Source of the DNA: Bdellovibrio sp.
GTDB taxonomy: Bacteria > Bdellovibrionota > Bdellovibrionia > Bdellovibrionales > Bdellovibrionaceae
Direction of reading: 5' to 3'
Length of the DNA: 34,073 nt
Assembly: GCA_046318155.1 (NCBI GenBank)
Contig: JBKCUU010000094.1
Span: 1-34,073 of the forward strand
A model generated the notes under the pieces. It did no database searches and was not told the origin of the DNA. It worked only from the letters and a program-made list of their open reading frames with translations. How positions within the stretch are numbered: the first letter of the stretch is position 1; the number at the start of each line of letters is the position of its first letter. The translations under genes and the position numbers were made by a program. Of the stretch, positions 1 to 8,039 are shown piece after piece.

Positions 1-759
1 CCCCTGGCGCCCGAAAGCCCGCCCCGCCGCCAGCAGCGTCCCGTGACACCTCCTCGCGTTGTCCCGCAGCCGCCAGCCTCAACCGGCGGTCAGTGTTACC
101 AAGGAGTTTGTGTCGGGCAGTCGGTTTACATTGCATCCGGCTCAGCAGGTCTTGCTCAAGTTGTTCGCATTGATCGCGGAGGAACTTTTCAGCTTCGCTT
201 TTTGGACACCGGTGCCGTCAGTGGTGCTTGGTCTCGTCATGATCTTGCCGTGACCACGGGTTGCGCGGGATCTTTTTGTGTCGGCAACTCGGCGTACCGT
301 GTTGCTTCGGACTCAAGACTTGTGCAGATTGTCGGCCTCGCTCTTGATGGGAGTTACGTCGTCAGGTTTTTAGACACAGGAGCGGTGTCTGGAGGATGGA
401 CAACCGAGCTCGCGGCCACTCGCGGATGCTTTCAAGGGGTTTGCGTGGGTCAATCCGTGTACCGGGTTTCTGCAGATTCAAGACTGACTCAAGTTGTTGG
501 GATTCAAGATGATGGTACTTTCGTTCTTAGATTTCTGGACAATGGTGGGCTTGGCGGTGGATGGAGCCGTTATGACGTTGCGGTCACGGTCGGTTGTGGA
601 AGAATTTATTGCGTGGGCCAGACGGCTTACGCCAACGGCCGTCTGGTTCGAGTCGTCGGAATCATGAAGGACGGCAATTACGTTCTGAGATTTTTGGATT
701 CTGGTGGTCTCGGTGGTGGTTGGTCCGATTCGGATCTTTCGCGCGGCCGTGGTTACTAA
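1..759 (+). CDS. Cys-repeat protein, 5'-truncated by the window: Pro-rich linker plus four ~55-aa C-x4-CVG...RFLDxG...W repeats
   Basis: Frame 1 is open from base 1 (PLAPESPPRRQQRPVTPP...), so the GTG at 43 is probably internal. Four aligned repeat units end at TAA 757-759. Confidence 0.8.
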   Translation, partial: PLAPESPPRRQQRPVTPPRVVPQPPASTGGQCYQGVCVGQSVYIASGSAGLAQVVRIDRGGTFQLRFLDTGAVSGAWSRHDLAVTTGCAGSFCVGNSAYRVASDSRLVQIVGLALDGSYVVRFLDTGAVSGGWTTELAATRGCFQGVCVGQSVYRVSADSRLTQVVGIQDDGTFVLRFLDNGGLGGGWSRYDVAVTVGCGRIYCVGQTAYANGRLVRVVGIMKDGNYVLRFLDSGGLGGGWSDSDLSRGRGY

Positions 760-806
760 GAATAGACCTTGAATTTAAGAGTCAAAAGTGTCGATGAAAG
801 ACAAAT

Positions 807-840
807 AAAAAAGGGAGCCGAGTGGCTCCCTTTTTCTTTT
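807..840. terminator. Bidirectional intrinsic terminator
   Basis: AAAAAA-GGGAGCC-GAGT-GGCTCCC-TTTTTCTTTT lies between convergent genes. Confidence 0.85.
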
Positions 841-860
841 TTTTTCGACGAAGAAAAAAA

Positions 861-1637
861 TTATTTACCAGCTAAGTGGCGGTCAATAATTGTTTTGAAT
901 TCCGAAAAGGGGTAAGCGCCGCGAAGTGAAACACCGTTGATCAAGAAACCGGGTGTTCCACTGAAATTGAATTGTTTTGCTTCTTCCATGTCTTCGTTGA
1001 TGCGGTCCATAAGTTTAGGATCAGCCAGATCTTTCTCGAGTTTTTTCATATCAGCGCCAGCTTTCTTAGCCGCTTCTTTCATGAAAGCTTCGCCTTTTGT
1101 GCGGAGTTCAGACTGACCTTCAAAGATCGCGTCGTGATATTTATAAGCTTTATCTGCACCTTGGCGCGCAACCGCTTCAAAGTATTTTGCAGCAGGCAAG
1201 GCTTTGGGGTGAAAATCCAAGGGCAAGTGCTTAAAGACGATGCGAACATCGTTCGGGTAAGCTTTCAAAACTTCTTTGATTGTTTGGTAACCGCGTGTGC
1301 AGTAAGGGCACTCGAAATCAGAATACTCGACGATGGTGATTTTAGCGTCTTTAGGTCCAAGAATCGCGCGGTTCTCATCGATTTTAGCTTTGAGAGGATT
1401 TGCGAACTCTTCGTCACGTTTTTTGCTTTCGTCTTGTTGCGCTTTTTCGGCGCCCTTGGCTTGAGCATCACGGGCCGCCTTGTTGACGACCTCGATAAAT
1501 TTTTCGGGATCTTTTTCAATCGCGACAAACACGATACTCGGATCTTTTTCGATGGCTTCTTTCAATTGTTTTGCGCTCGGTGCACAGGCAGTCAAGACGA
1601 ATGCAAGACCTGCGAGCATCATCATCATATTTTTCAA
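861..1637 (-). CDS. dsbA: DsbA/Com1-family thiol-disulfide oxidoreductase lipoprotein
   Basis: Lipobox LTA-C; IVEYSDFECPYC active site; FKHLPL; cis-Pro GTPGF. TTG start preceded by GGAGG. Confidence 0.88.
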   Translation of the reverse strand: MKNMMMMLAGLAFVLTACAPSAKQLKEAIEKDPSIVFVAIEKDPEKFIEVVNKAARDAQAKGAEKAQQDESKKRDEEFANPLKAKIDENRAILGPKDAKITIVEYSDFECPYCTRGYQTIKEVLKAYPNDVRIVFKHLPLDFHPKALPAAKYFEAVARQGADKAYKYHDAIFEGQSELRTKGEAFMKEAAKKAGADMKKLEKDLADPKLMDRINEDMEEAKQFNFSGTPGFLINGVSLRGAYPFSEFKTIIDRHLAGK

Positions 1638-1668
1638 GGGGCCCTCCGGTTGGCTTTACATTTTAAAT

Positions 1669-1843
1669 GCGCCCCTTTGGGGCAACTACTCGTGAGTTGC
1701 TTCCCTTTTGGGCCACGGTTGTTGTTAACTCAAGATTGCAAGCCCTCAAATTATTCAACTCTTTCAAGGTCTTGCCAAGTTGATTTCGATAATTTTAAGA
1801 TCGCTCCTTTGGGGCGATAGAAAATGCGCCCCTTTGGGGCGAC
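1669..1843. repeat. Cluster of REP-like mini-palindromes GCGCCCC-TTT-GGGGCG
   Basis: Copies at 1669-1683, 1801-1817 (GCTCC variant) and 1826-1843, plus a decayed copy at about 1703-1714. Confidence 0.8.
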
Positions 1844-1923
1844 GGGCAAATTTCGCTGCCTTGTTCCGAAAAAGGTCTAGGGTCTAGCGGCGGCCGCTCC
1901 CCGGCTATGATACTCTTTCGGGC

Positions 1924-2616
1924 ATGAATTCATTTTTGCGAAAGCTTTCGATTGTTTTGCGCCCCTCAGGGGCGGGGATTGTTTTGCGCCCCTCAGGGGC
2001 GGGGATGACCTTGGTTGCCCTCTTTTTTTTAACTGGAAGTTTGGCGCAGGCGGGACTGCTCTTTCAATACAACCGTTTGGCTCTTAAGGATTTGGATCAA
2101 ATGAACGCGCTCGTTCAAGACAAGATCAATGAATCACGAAAGACCAAAGGCGATCAGGTTGTTCCCTTAAAGGAAGCGCTGCAGGCGGTCTACTCCCGTC
2201 CCAATGAAGATTTTATGATCGAAAAAGTGGTGAGCCCTTTGCGCAATGAGTTGGATGAACATGACGCTTATGAGAACTCCATGCGCGCGCTGGTTAAAGA
2301 AGCGAACGGCGCCCTAGGAAATCCAAAGGCCTTTGGGGCCGTGCCACAAGTGACCTATGCCATTTTTTTAGAAAATGTCGTCGCTGAGTTCAAGCCCAAA
2401 GCGAGCGACAACTTTGAACGCTCGATCCTTGAGGACATTCGCAAAGCGAAAATCACAATTACGAAGATGGCCGAGAACGAGCGACGACTGCGCATGATGA
2501 AAGGCATACCATCGCCATCTGATCTTGCCGATCAAGCCTTAAAGGCCCAAGAAGAAGCTGATAAAAAGAAAAAAGAAGAGGCCGAGAAGGCTGAAAAAAC
2601 AAAAAAAGACAGCTGA
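1924..2616 (+). CDS. Secreted alpha-helical hypothetical protein with a Lys/Glu-rich tail
   Basis: Signal peptide ending SLAQA; 230-aa ORF; TATGAT -10-like hexamer at 1906. An alternative in-frame ATG lies at 2005. Confidence 0.75.
   Translation: MNSFLRKLSIVLRPSGAGIVLRPSGAGMTLVALFFLTGSLAQAGLLFQYNRLALKDLDQMNALVQDKINESRKTKGDQVVPLKEALQAVYSRPNEDFMIEKVVSPLRNELDEHDAYENSMRALVKEANGALGNPKAFGAVPQVTYAIFLENVVAEFKPKASDNFERSILEDIRKAKITITKMAENERRLRMMKGIPSPSDLADQALKAQEEADKKKKEEAEKAEKTKKDS
1950..2006 (+). repeat. Perfect 27-bp tandem duplication, each unit carrying the REP-like palindrome, in frame in the signal peptide
   Basis: GATTGTTTTGCGCCCCTCAGGGGCGGG at 1950-1976 and 1977-2003, encoding IVLRPSGAG twice. 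Confidence 0.95.
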
Positions 2617-2693
2617 AGATTCGCCGTCTTTATCGAATTTTTAACTCACATGAAAAACTCAGGCCAGTAAACAGGGGCCCAGAGCCCCGGTTG

Positions 2694-3419
2694 TTACTTT
2701 TGCGCGATCGCCGTTTGGTTTTTCGCGAGCAGGGTGCCGGTCTTCGTCAAGTTGGTGTACAATTCCTGATACTTTTTCATCACTTTGCCCGAGTACTCTT
2801 TGGGAGTCTTTGAGTTCGCAATCAGGCGGCGAACTTTGCGGGCCCCCATGTTGTAAGCGGAAACATATTGATTGGCTTGACCCTTAAAGCCGGCGCGCAG
2901 GTGAGAGATGTAGGCGATCCCTAATTTGAGATTTACGTAAGGCTGATTCAGCGTGTGTGCACCGTGAAAAGGCAGGCCAATACGTTTTGCGACGCAGGCC
3001 GCGGTCTCGGGTCGAAGTTGCATCAAACCGATTTCGCCAACGGGTCCGCGAGCGTTCGGGCGAAAGCTCGACTCTTGGGCGATGACGGCCATAATGAACA
3101 CGGGATCGAGTCCATATTTACGAGATTCTTGAATCACCAAGTTTGCCAAGGGTGCGGCTTGCCACTTTTCGGCTTTTGGCAGCCGGCGCTTGAACTCTGC
3201 AAAGATTCCGTAATGCAAGTTGGTCTCGTCGACATTTTGCGCTTTGCTGCCCTTGAAGGAGTGGCCCAGCAGTTCAGCGGCATGTTCATTGCGCGAGTCT
3301 TGATCAACAGTTTGGACAAACAGTCCAAGACGGTTGAGGGGCAGGTCAAAATTTTGAAACAGCAACACTGCCAATCCGGTCCAAACAATCACAGACATTT
3401 TCAGAGATTTCGTTTTCAT
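2694..3419 (-). CDS. Lytic transglycosylase (SLT domain)
   Basis: IAQESSF (catalytic Glu-Ser), GEIGLMQL and AYNMG motifs; N-terminal hydrophobic segment. Confidence 0.92.
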   Translation of the reverse strand: MKTKSLKMSVIVWTGLAVLLFQNFDLPLNRLGLFVQTVDQDSRNEHAAELLGHSFKGSKAQNVDETNLHYGIFAEFKRRLPKAEKWQAAPLANLVIQESRKYGLDPVFIMAVIAQESSFRPNARGPVGEIGLMQLRPETAACVAKRIGLPFHGAHTLNQPYVNLKLGIAYISHLRAGFKGQANQYVSAYNMGARKVRRLIANSKTPKEYSGKVMKKYQELYTNLTKTGTLLAKNQTAIAQK

Positions 3420-3503
3420 TTTAAGCCCCTTCCGTTTTCACGTCGATACAGGTCTCTAATCCAAGGACTGGGCCAAGGTCCTTAAGTGCATGAAAAGACA
3501 GGG

Positions 3504-3520
3504 AATCTCGATTTGAGACA
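3504..3520. promoter_or_regulatory. Candidate TGTCTCA-N3-TGAGACA-type operator upstream of the SLT gene
   Basis: AATCTCG-ATT-TGAGACA; a similar site is at 13483-13499. A weak sigma54-like TGGCCCAGTCCTTGGA lies on the minus strand at 3460-3475. Confidence 0.3.
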
Positions 3521-3623
3521 GCTTCAGTTCGAGGTCAAGTCAAAGCTCGAGGGGGGGGTGTCAGCTAGGACTAGCCACATGCCTAGAAGTTAGTGACTCA
3601 GGGGGGGAACGTCTCATTCTGGC

Positions 3624-3650
3624 TCAAGTTTTTAGGCGCACCACCGAAGA
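3624..3650 (+). promoter_or_regulatory. Probable sigma28 (FliA) promoter
   Basis: TCAA-N15-ACCGAAGA versus consensus TAAA-N15-GCCGATAA, followed by a GGGAGGA RBS and ATG at 3668. Confidence 0.5.
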
Positions 3651-3667
3651 GATCATCAGGGAGGAAC

Positions 3668-3949
3668 ATGATGTTCATTCAGGGTGATTTGCAGGCTGTG
3701 TTTGATGCTTTGTATACGATGGGAATCATCGATCCTGTTTTGAAAATGGATTGGAAAACGATCCACGCTCAAATGAATCAGGAGCCCCAAAAATTAAAAC
3801 AAGCTTTGACGGCAATCAATCAGTGCCGAGGTGATCGGCAAGCTTTGATCCAGGCGTTTCAAAGGCTTGAGATGACAACCGTGAACTATGTGGCTTTGGA
3901 GGTTGCACGTGAACTCGCAGAATCAAATGAAAATCAGGTCCTTCACTAA
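3668..3949 (+). CDS. Small helical hypothetical protein (93 aa)
   Basis: Strong RBS GGGAGGA before ATG 3668; the ORF-track start at 3593 is likely too long. The stop is 1 nt before the next ATG. Confidence 0.75.
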   Translation: MMFIQGDLQAVFDALYTMGIIDPVLKMDWKTIHAQMNQEPQKLKQALTAINQCRGDRQALIQAFQRLEMTTVNYVALEVARELAESNENQVLH

Positions 3950-3950
3950 A

Positions 3951-4430
3951 ATGAAAAAGACCAAAGTTCTTCTTTTTGTCATGGCCTCGTTTCTTCATGT
4001 TTCAGTGAAAGCATGGGACGTCGATATGTCGCGCCGAAAAACGGATTTGCAAAAGTTCCGCGGACCCGCGAGCTTGGAGGCCGATAAAAAAGACAAGGCC
4101 TGGCTGGATGGTTTGTTTCAAACCATGGAACCCGCACAAGAAATCGTTATATTAAACACTGAAAAAGGTTTCGTGCCCGAAACTTTAAAACTCAAGCGTG
4201 GCAAGACCTATAAAATTCACGTCGTGAACGTGAATGACCAAGCAAAAAACACAAGCTTCGTATTGGATGCTTTCTCTGAGCATCACGGGACCTTTTTCGG
4301 TCAACAAAAGTCATTCGAGATCAGTCCCAAGACGGACGGCATCTTTTCATTTATTTGTCCTGAAACCGCCAAGCAAGGCCGCTTGATCGTGTATCCTGAA
4401 GACTCAGGCCGCAAACCCGCATCGGAGTAA
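3951..4430 (+). CDS. Exported cupredoxin-like domain protein
   Basis: Signal peptide (VSVKA); GFVPETLKLKRG and GIFSFICPE..GRLIV match a cupredoxin-fold pattern, though the canonical His/Met copper ligands after the Cys are not evident. Confidence 0.7.
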   Translation: MKKTKVLLFVMASFLHVSVKAWDVDMSRRKTDLQKFRGPASLEADKKDKAWLDGLFQTMEPAQEIVILNTEKGFVPETLKLKRGKTYKIHVVNVNDQAKNTSFVLDAFSEHHGTFFGQQKSFEISPKTDGIFSFICPETAKQGRLIVYPEDSGRKPASE

Positions 4431-4440
4431 GTGAATTGCT

Positions 4441-5550
4441 ATGGCAGACGAGAGTGTATCCAGTCAGGCGGTCAGAAATTTCTTGGGTCCCATTAAGGAC
4501 CTTTGGGATGATCCGTCGGTCAGTGAGATCCTCATCAATGGCCCGAGCGACATCTTTATCGAGCGCGGTGGCAAACTGCACAAAACAGAAAAAAAGTTTC
4601 CGGATGAAGATGCACTTCGTGCAGCCGTGAACAATATCGCGCAAAGCGTGGGTCGCCGAATCACGGCTGAAGAGCCTAGACTTGATGCTCGTTTACCAGA
4701 CGGGTCGCGGGTTGCTGTTGTGATCCCGCCCTGTGCACGCAACGGCACGACGGTTTCGATTCGTAAATTTACGCAAACTAAAATTTCGTTCAAAGACTAT
4801 ATCGCAATGGGATCCATCTCATCGGACGGGGCTCAATTTTTAGATATTTGTATGTTTCTTGGAAAAAACATTTTGGTTAGCGGTGGTACCGGATCTGGTA
4901 AGACGACTTTGCTTTCGCTTTTGTGCTCGCGCATTCCCAAGGGTCAACGCGTGATTGTGATCGAGGATTCAAGCGAGCTCAAAATCAACTATGAACACGT
5001 CGTGTTTTTTGAAACCAAGCAATCCGATGCTCTCGGTAAGGGCGAGGTTTCGATTCGTGATTTGCTCAAGAGCTCACTGCGTTTGCGTCCTGATCGCATC
5101 ATCGTGGGTGAGGTTCGTTCATCCGAAGCCCTGGAGCTCATCAATGCGATGAACACCGGTCACAAGGGTTGCATGGGAACCGTCCACGCCAACTCGCCTG
5201 AGGATGCGATTGTTCGTCTTGAGGCCTTGGCCGCAGGTGGTGATGGAAATCTTTCGGAGCGCGCGTTGCAGTACCAAGTGTCAGCGGCGATTGATATCAT
5301 CGTGCAGATTTCGCGCTATTCGGACGGGTCGCGTCGGATCGGTGCGATCTCCGAAGTCATCGGGCAAAACAAGGACGGCACCTACGACCTCCGCCCCCTT
5401 TTCCAAATGTCGCGTCTCGTTAAGAAGCCCGATGGCAAACTTGACGGCATCATCGAGCCCTCTGGTGACCTTCCTAGCTTCATGGAAGAAATTCTCGATA
5501 ACAATTTACCCTTCCCTGCGAGCAAATTCCAAAAACCCGGAGCGGCGTAA
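4441..5550 (+). CDS. cpaF: CpaF/TadA (VirB11-family) pilus ATPase
   Basis: SEILING, DARLPDGSRV, Walker A GGTGSGKTT, Asp box IEDSSEL, LRLRPDRIIVGEVR, His box NTGHKGCMGTVHANS. Confidence 0.92.
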   Translation: MADESVSSQAVRNFLGPIKDLWDDPSVSEILINGPSDIFIERGGKLHKTEKKFPDEDALRAAVNNIAQSVGRRITAEEPRLDARLPDGSRVAVVIPPCARNGTTVSIRKFTQTKISFKDYIAMGSISSDGAQFLDICMFLGKNILVSGGTGSGKTTLLSLLCSRIPKGQRVIVIEDSSELKINYEHVVFFETKQSDALGKGEVSIRDLLKSSLRLRPDRIIVGEVRSSEALELINAMNTGHKGCMGTVHANSPEDAIVRLEALAAGGDGNLSERALQYQVSAAIDIIVQISRYSDGSRRIGAISEVIGQNKDGTYDLRPLFQMSRLVKKPDGKLDGIIEPSGDLPSFMEEILDNNLPFPASKFQKPGAA

Positions 5551-5551
5551 C

Positions 5552-5577
5552 GGGGCCAGAGGCCCCTCTCTTTATTT
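5552..5577 (+). terminator. Probable intrinsic terminator after cpaF
   Basis: GGGGCC-AGA-GGCCCC followed by TCTCTTTATTT. Confidence 0.55.
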
Positions 5578-5593
5578 GCGCACCTTTGGGGCG
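5578..5593. repeat. REP-like mini-palindrome (variant)
   Basis: GCGCACCTTTGGGGCG, one mismatch from the family consensus. Confidence 0.7.
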
Positions 5594-5704
5594 GCAGTTT
5601 AAAACTCATAATCAGTTTGGACGCAACTAGGTCGTGCCTCAAAGTGGTGCTTAAAGACTCGGCAGCCCAATTCCAAGCCTTGGATTTGTCTCGCAAAAAG
5701 TGAA

Positions 5705-6796
5705 GTGATCAGATATCCATTTGGGGTGCTTTTAAGCTGTAAAATGTCCAACACAGTTTTGCTGTATCTCGAACAACGCGGTGAAGACGTTTCGTCTTTG
5801 CTTGATGTCACCTCCATGCCCGAAGAATTTTTGAAAGATCCGTCGCACTGGATGAAGGCGTCGCAGATGGAAGCCTTTCTTGAACAAGTCGTTCGGCAAA
5901 ATTGGCAAACACAAGAAGAAAATCTTTTGCAGCGAATGGCGCACGCGTCTCCGGAGCTTCGAAGTTGGGGAGTCCTCGACAGCGTTGTGCGAATGATGCC
6001 CAGGCCGCAAGAAATTTTGGCGAAGCCTTCGCGCTTCTTGTCCAATTTTGTTTCGCCCGAGCCTCCCGTTGAAAAACTCATCCGTGAAGAGACCGGTCTG
6101 TCTTTTGAGATTCCGATTTCTTCCGAACAGTTTCCGCTGACGACCCAGTTTTTGAAATGGTCGTTCGAGACTTTGCCCGTGTTTGTTGGCCGCGAACATG
6201 CGGTTTGTACGTGGGAGGGTCTTCGTCTTTCAATTCGATGGGAGTCCAATCAAAAGTCAATGTTTGATCCCAACGACCCAGGACCACACTCGATCAGTCC
6301 CGAGCTTTTGCGCCAGATCGTGGCTTCACTTGAAGAGCACCAGCACGAGCTCTTGCAAAAAAATTCAGAGCTTCAAGCGCGCAACGATCAATTGATCAAA
6401 GCGCAACAAGAGCTCGAAGAGCAGGTTCGCCAAAGTTTGGTTGTCGATGCACTTGTTCCAAGCCCGACGAAAAAAATGGATTTTCTCGAAGCCAGCTCGA
6501 TCGAAGTTTTGCGCCAAAACTTTTCACGCCTGACCGACTACTGGGTCAGGTCGCAACAACTGATCACGCTCTTGGTCGGCCAAGACCGCCTCAACCCCTC
6601 CGTCAAAGAAGCCATGCGCCGAGTGGATTGGGAACGCGTGAAATCTCAATTCAACAAGGCCACCGAAGAATCCTTTACCATCCTAGAAAAATCAAAAGAG
6701 CTCAGCAAGCTGGTGAGCCCGATAAATGAAAGTTGCCCCGAAGGGGCGCAAAATGACAATCGCCCCGAAGGGGCGAAGGAGCAGCCCGATGTCTGA
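5705..6796 (+). CDS. Hypothetical cytoplasmic protein: globular sensor-like N-terminus plus coiled coil
   Basis: 363-aa ORF with heptad region [34 protein letters not shown]. The start may be GTG 5726. The stop overlaps the eno start. Confidence 0.75.
   Translation: MIRYPFGVLLSCKMSNTVLLYLEQRGEDVSSLLDVTSMPEEFLKDPSHWMKASQMEAFLEQVVRQNWQTQEENLLQRMAHASPELRSWGVLDSVVRMMPRPQEILAKPSRFLSNFVSPEPPVEKLIREETGLSFEIPISSEQFPLTTQFLKWSFETLPVFVGREHAVCTWEGLRLSIRWESNQKSMFDPNDPGPHSISPELLRQIVASLEEHQHELLQKNSELQARNDQLIKAQQELEEQVRQSLVVDALVPSPTKKMDFLEASSIEVLRQNFSRLTDYWVRSQQLITLLVGQDRLNPSVKEAMRRVDWERVKSQFNKATEESFTILEKSKELSKLVSPINESCPEGAQNDNRPEGAKEQPDV
6732..6776 (-). repeat. Two REP-like mini-palindromes (reverse orientation) inside the 3' end of the 5705-6796 ORF
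   Basis: GCCCCGAAGGGGCGC (6735-6749) and CGCCCCGAAGGGGCG (6761-6775), directly before the eno RBS AGGAG. Confidence 0.85.
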
Positions 6797-8039
6797 TATC
6801 ATTCATCTTCATGCACGCGAAATTTTGGACAGTCGTGGGAACCCCACCATCGAAGTTGAAGTGACCACTTCAGCTGGTGGCCGCGGCCGTGCGGCTGTTC
6901 CCTCGGGTGCTTCAACAGGCGCGCACGAGGCGAGTGAGCTTCGCGACAACGACAAAGGCCGCTATCTTGGTAAAGGTGTTCGTCAAGCGATTGAGAACGT
7001 CAAAGAAACGATAGCGCCCGAAATTTTGGGCCTGGATGTCTTTGATCAAATAGAGATCGACCGCACCATGCGCGAACTTGATGGGACAAAAAACAAAGCA
7101 AAACTAGGCGCGAACGCAATTCTGGGTGTGTCACTGGCTTGCGCCCGCGCTGCCGCTCAAGAGCTTGGTCAGCCGCTTTACCGCTATGTGGGTGGCTCTC
7201 AGGCCTGCCGCTTGCCGGTGCCTTTGATGAATGTCTTGAACGGCGGCGCTCATGCCAACAACGGACTTGATGTGCAAGAATTTATGTTGGTGCCTAAGGG
7301 ACAAAAAACTTTTGCCGAAGCACTGCGTTCGGGTGCTGAGATCTTTCACCAACTTAAAAAAATCTTGGCGGGTCAAAAGATGTCGACCGCTGTTGGTGAT
7401 GAGGGCGGCTTTGCTCCTGTTCTAAAATCCAACCGCGAAGCGCTCGAGCTTTTGCTGAAAGCCATCGAGGCCGCGGGCTACCGTGCAGGCGAAGACATGG
7501 GTGTGGCACTTGATGTGGCCGCGACTGAGCTTTATGAGGGTGGCAAGTACCGTTGGGAGGGAAAGCAAATTTCTCCGGATGAACTCTTGGGCGTTTACAC
7601 GCAGTGGTCAAAAGACTTCCCGCTTGTTTCAATCGAAGATGGCTTTTCTGAAGATGATTGGTCGTCGTGGGTTTCGGCCACAACAGCGTTGGGTTCAAAA
7701 ATCCAAATCGTGGGTGATGACTTGTTCGTCACCAATCCTGAACGTCTGTACCAGGGCATTCAAAAAGGCGCGGCCAATGCTTTGCTCGTGAAGGTCAATC
7801 AGATCGGAACCTTGACCGAGACCGCTGATGCGGTTCGAATGGCGCAAAGCAACCGCTATCAAACCGTCATGTCACACCGAAGCGGTGAGACTGAAGATAC
7901 CACCATCGCGGACCTTGCGGTCGCGTTGAATTGCCACCAAATCAAAACCGGCAGCCTGTGCCGAAGTGAGCGCACCGCCAAGTACAACCAACTTTTGCGC
8001 ATCGAAGAGGAGCTCGCCGGGTCGGCTCGCTTCAATTAG
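6789..8039 (+). CDS. eno: Enolase
   Basis: [71 protein letters not shown] precedes ATG 6789. Confidence 0.98.
   Translation: MSDIIHLHAREILDSRGNPTIEVEVTTSAGGRGRAAVPSGASTGAHEASELRDNDKGRYLGKGVRQAIENVKETIAPEILGLDVFDQIEIDRTMRELDGTKNKAKLGANAILGVSLACARAAAQELGQPLYRYVGGSQACRLPVPLMNVLNGGAHANNGLDVQEFMLVPKGQKTFAEALRSGAEIFHQLKKILAGQKMSTAVGDEGGFAPVLKSNREALELLLKAIEAAGYRAGEDMGVALDVAATELYEGGKYRWEGKQISPDELLGVYTQWSKDFPLVSIEDGFSEDDWSSWVSATTALGSKIQIVGDDLFVTNPERLYQGIQKGAANALLVKVNQIGTLTETADAVRMAQSNRYQTVMSHRSGETEDTTIADLAVALNCHQIKTGSLCRSERTAKYNQLLRIEEELAGSARFN

Noticed and set aside
972..1820. 282-aa + strand ORF
   Set aside because: Antisense shadow of dsbA with Phe-rich, non-protein-like composition.
6726..6788. 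N-terminal extension of enolase in the ORF track
   Set aside because: It is translation of the repeat doublet; the RBS and enolase homology point to ATG 6789.
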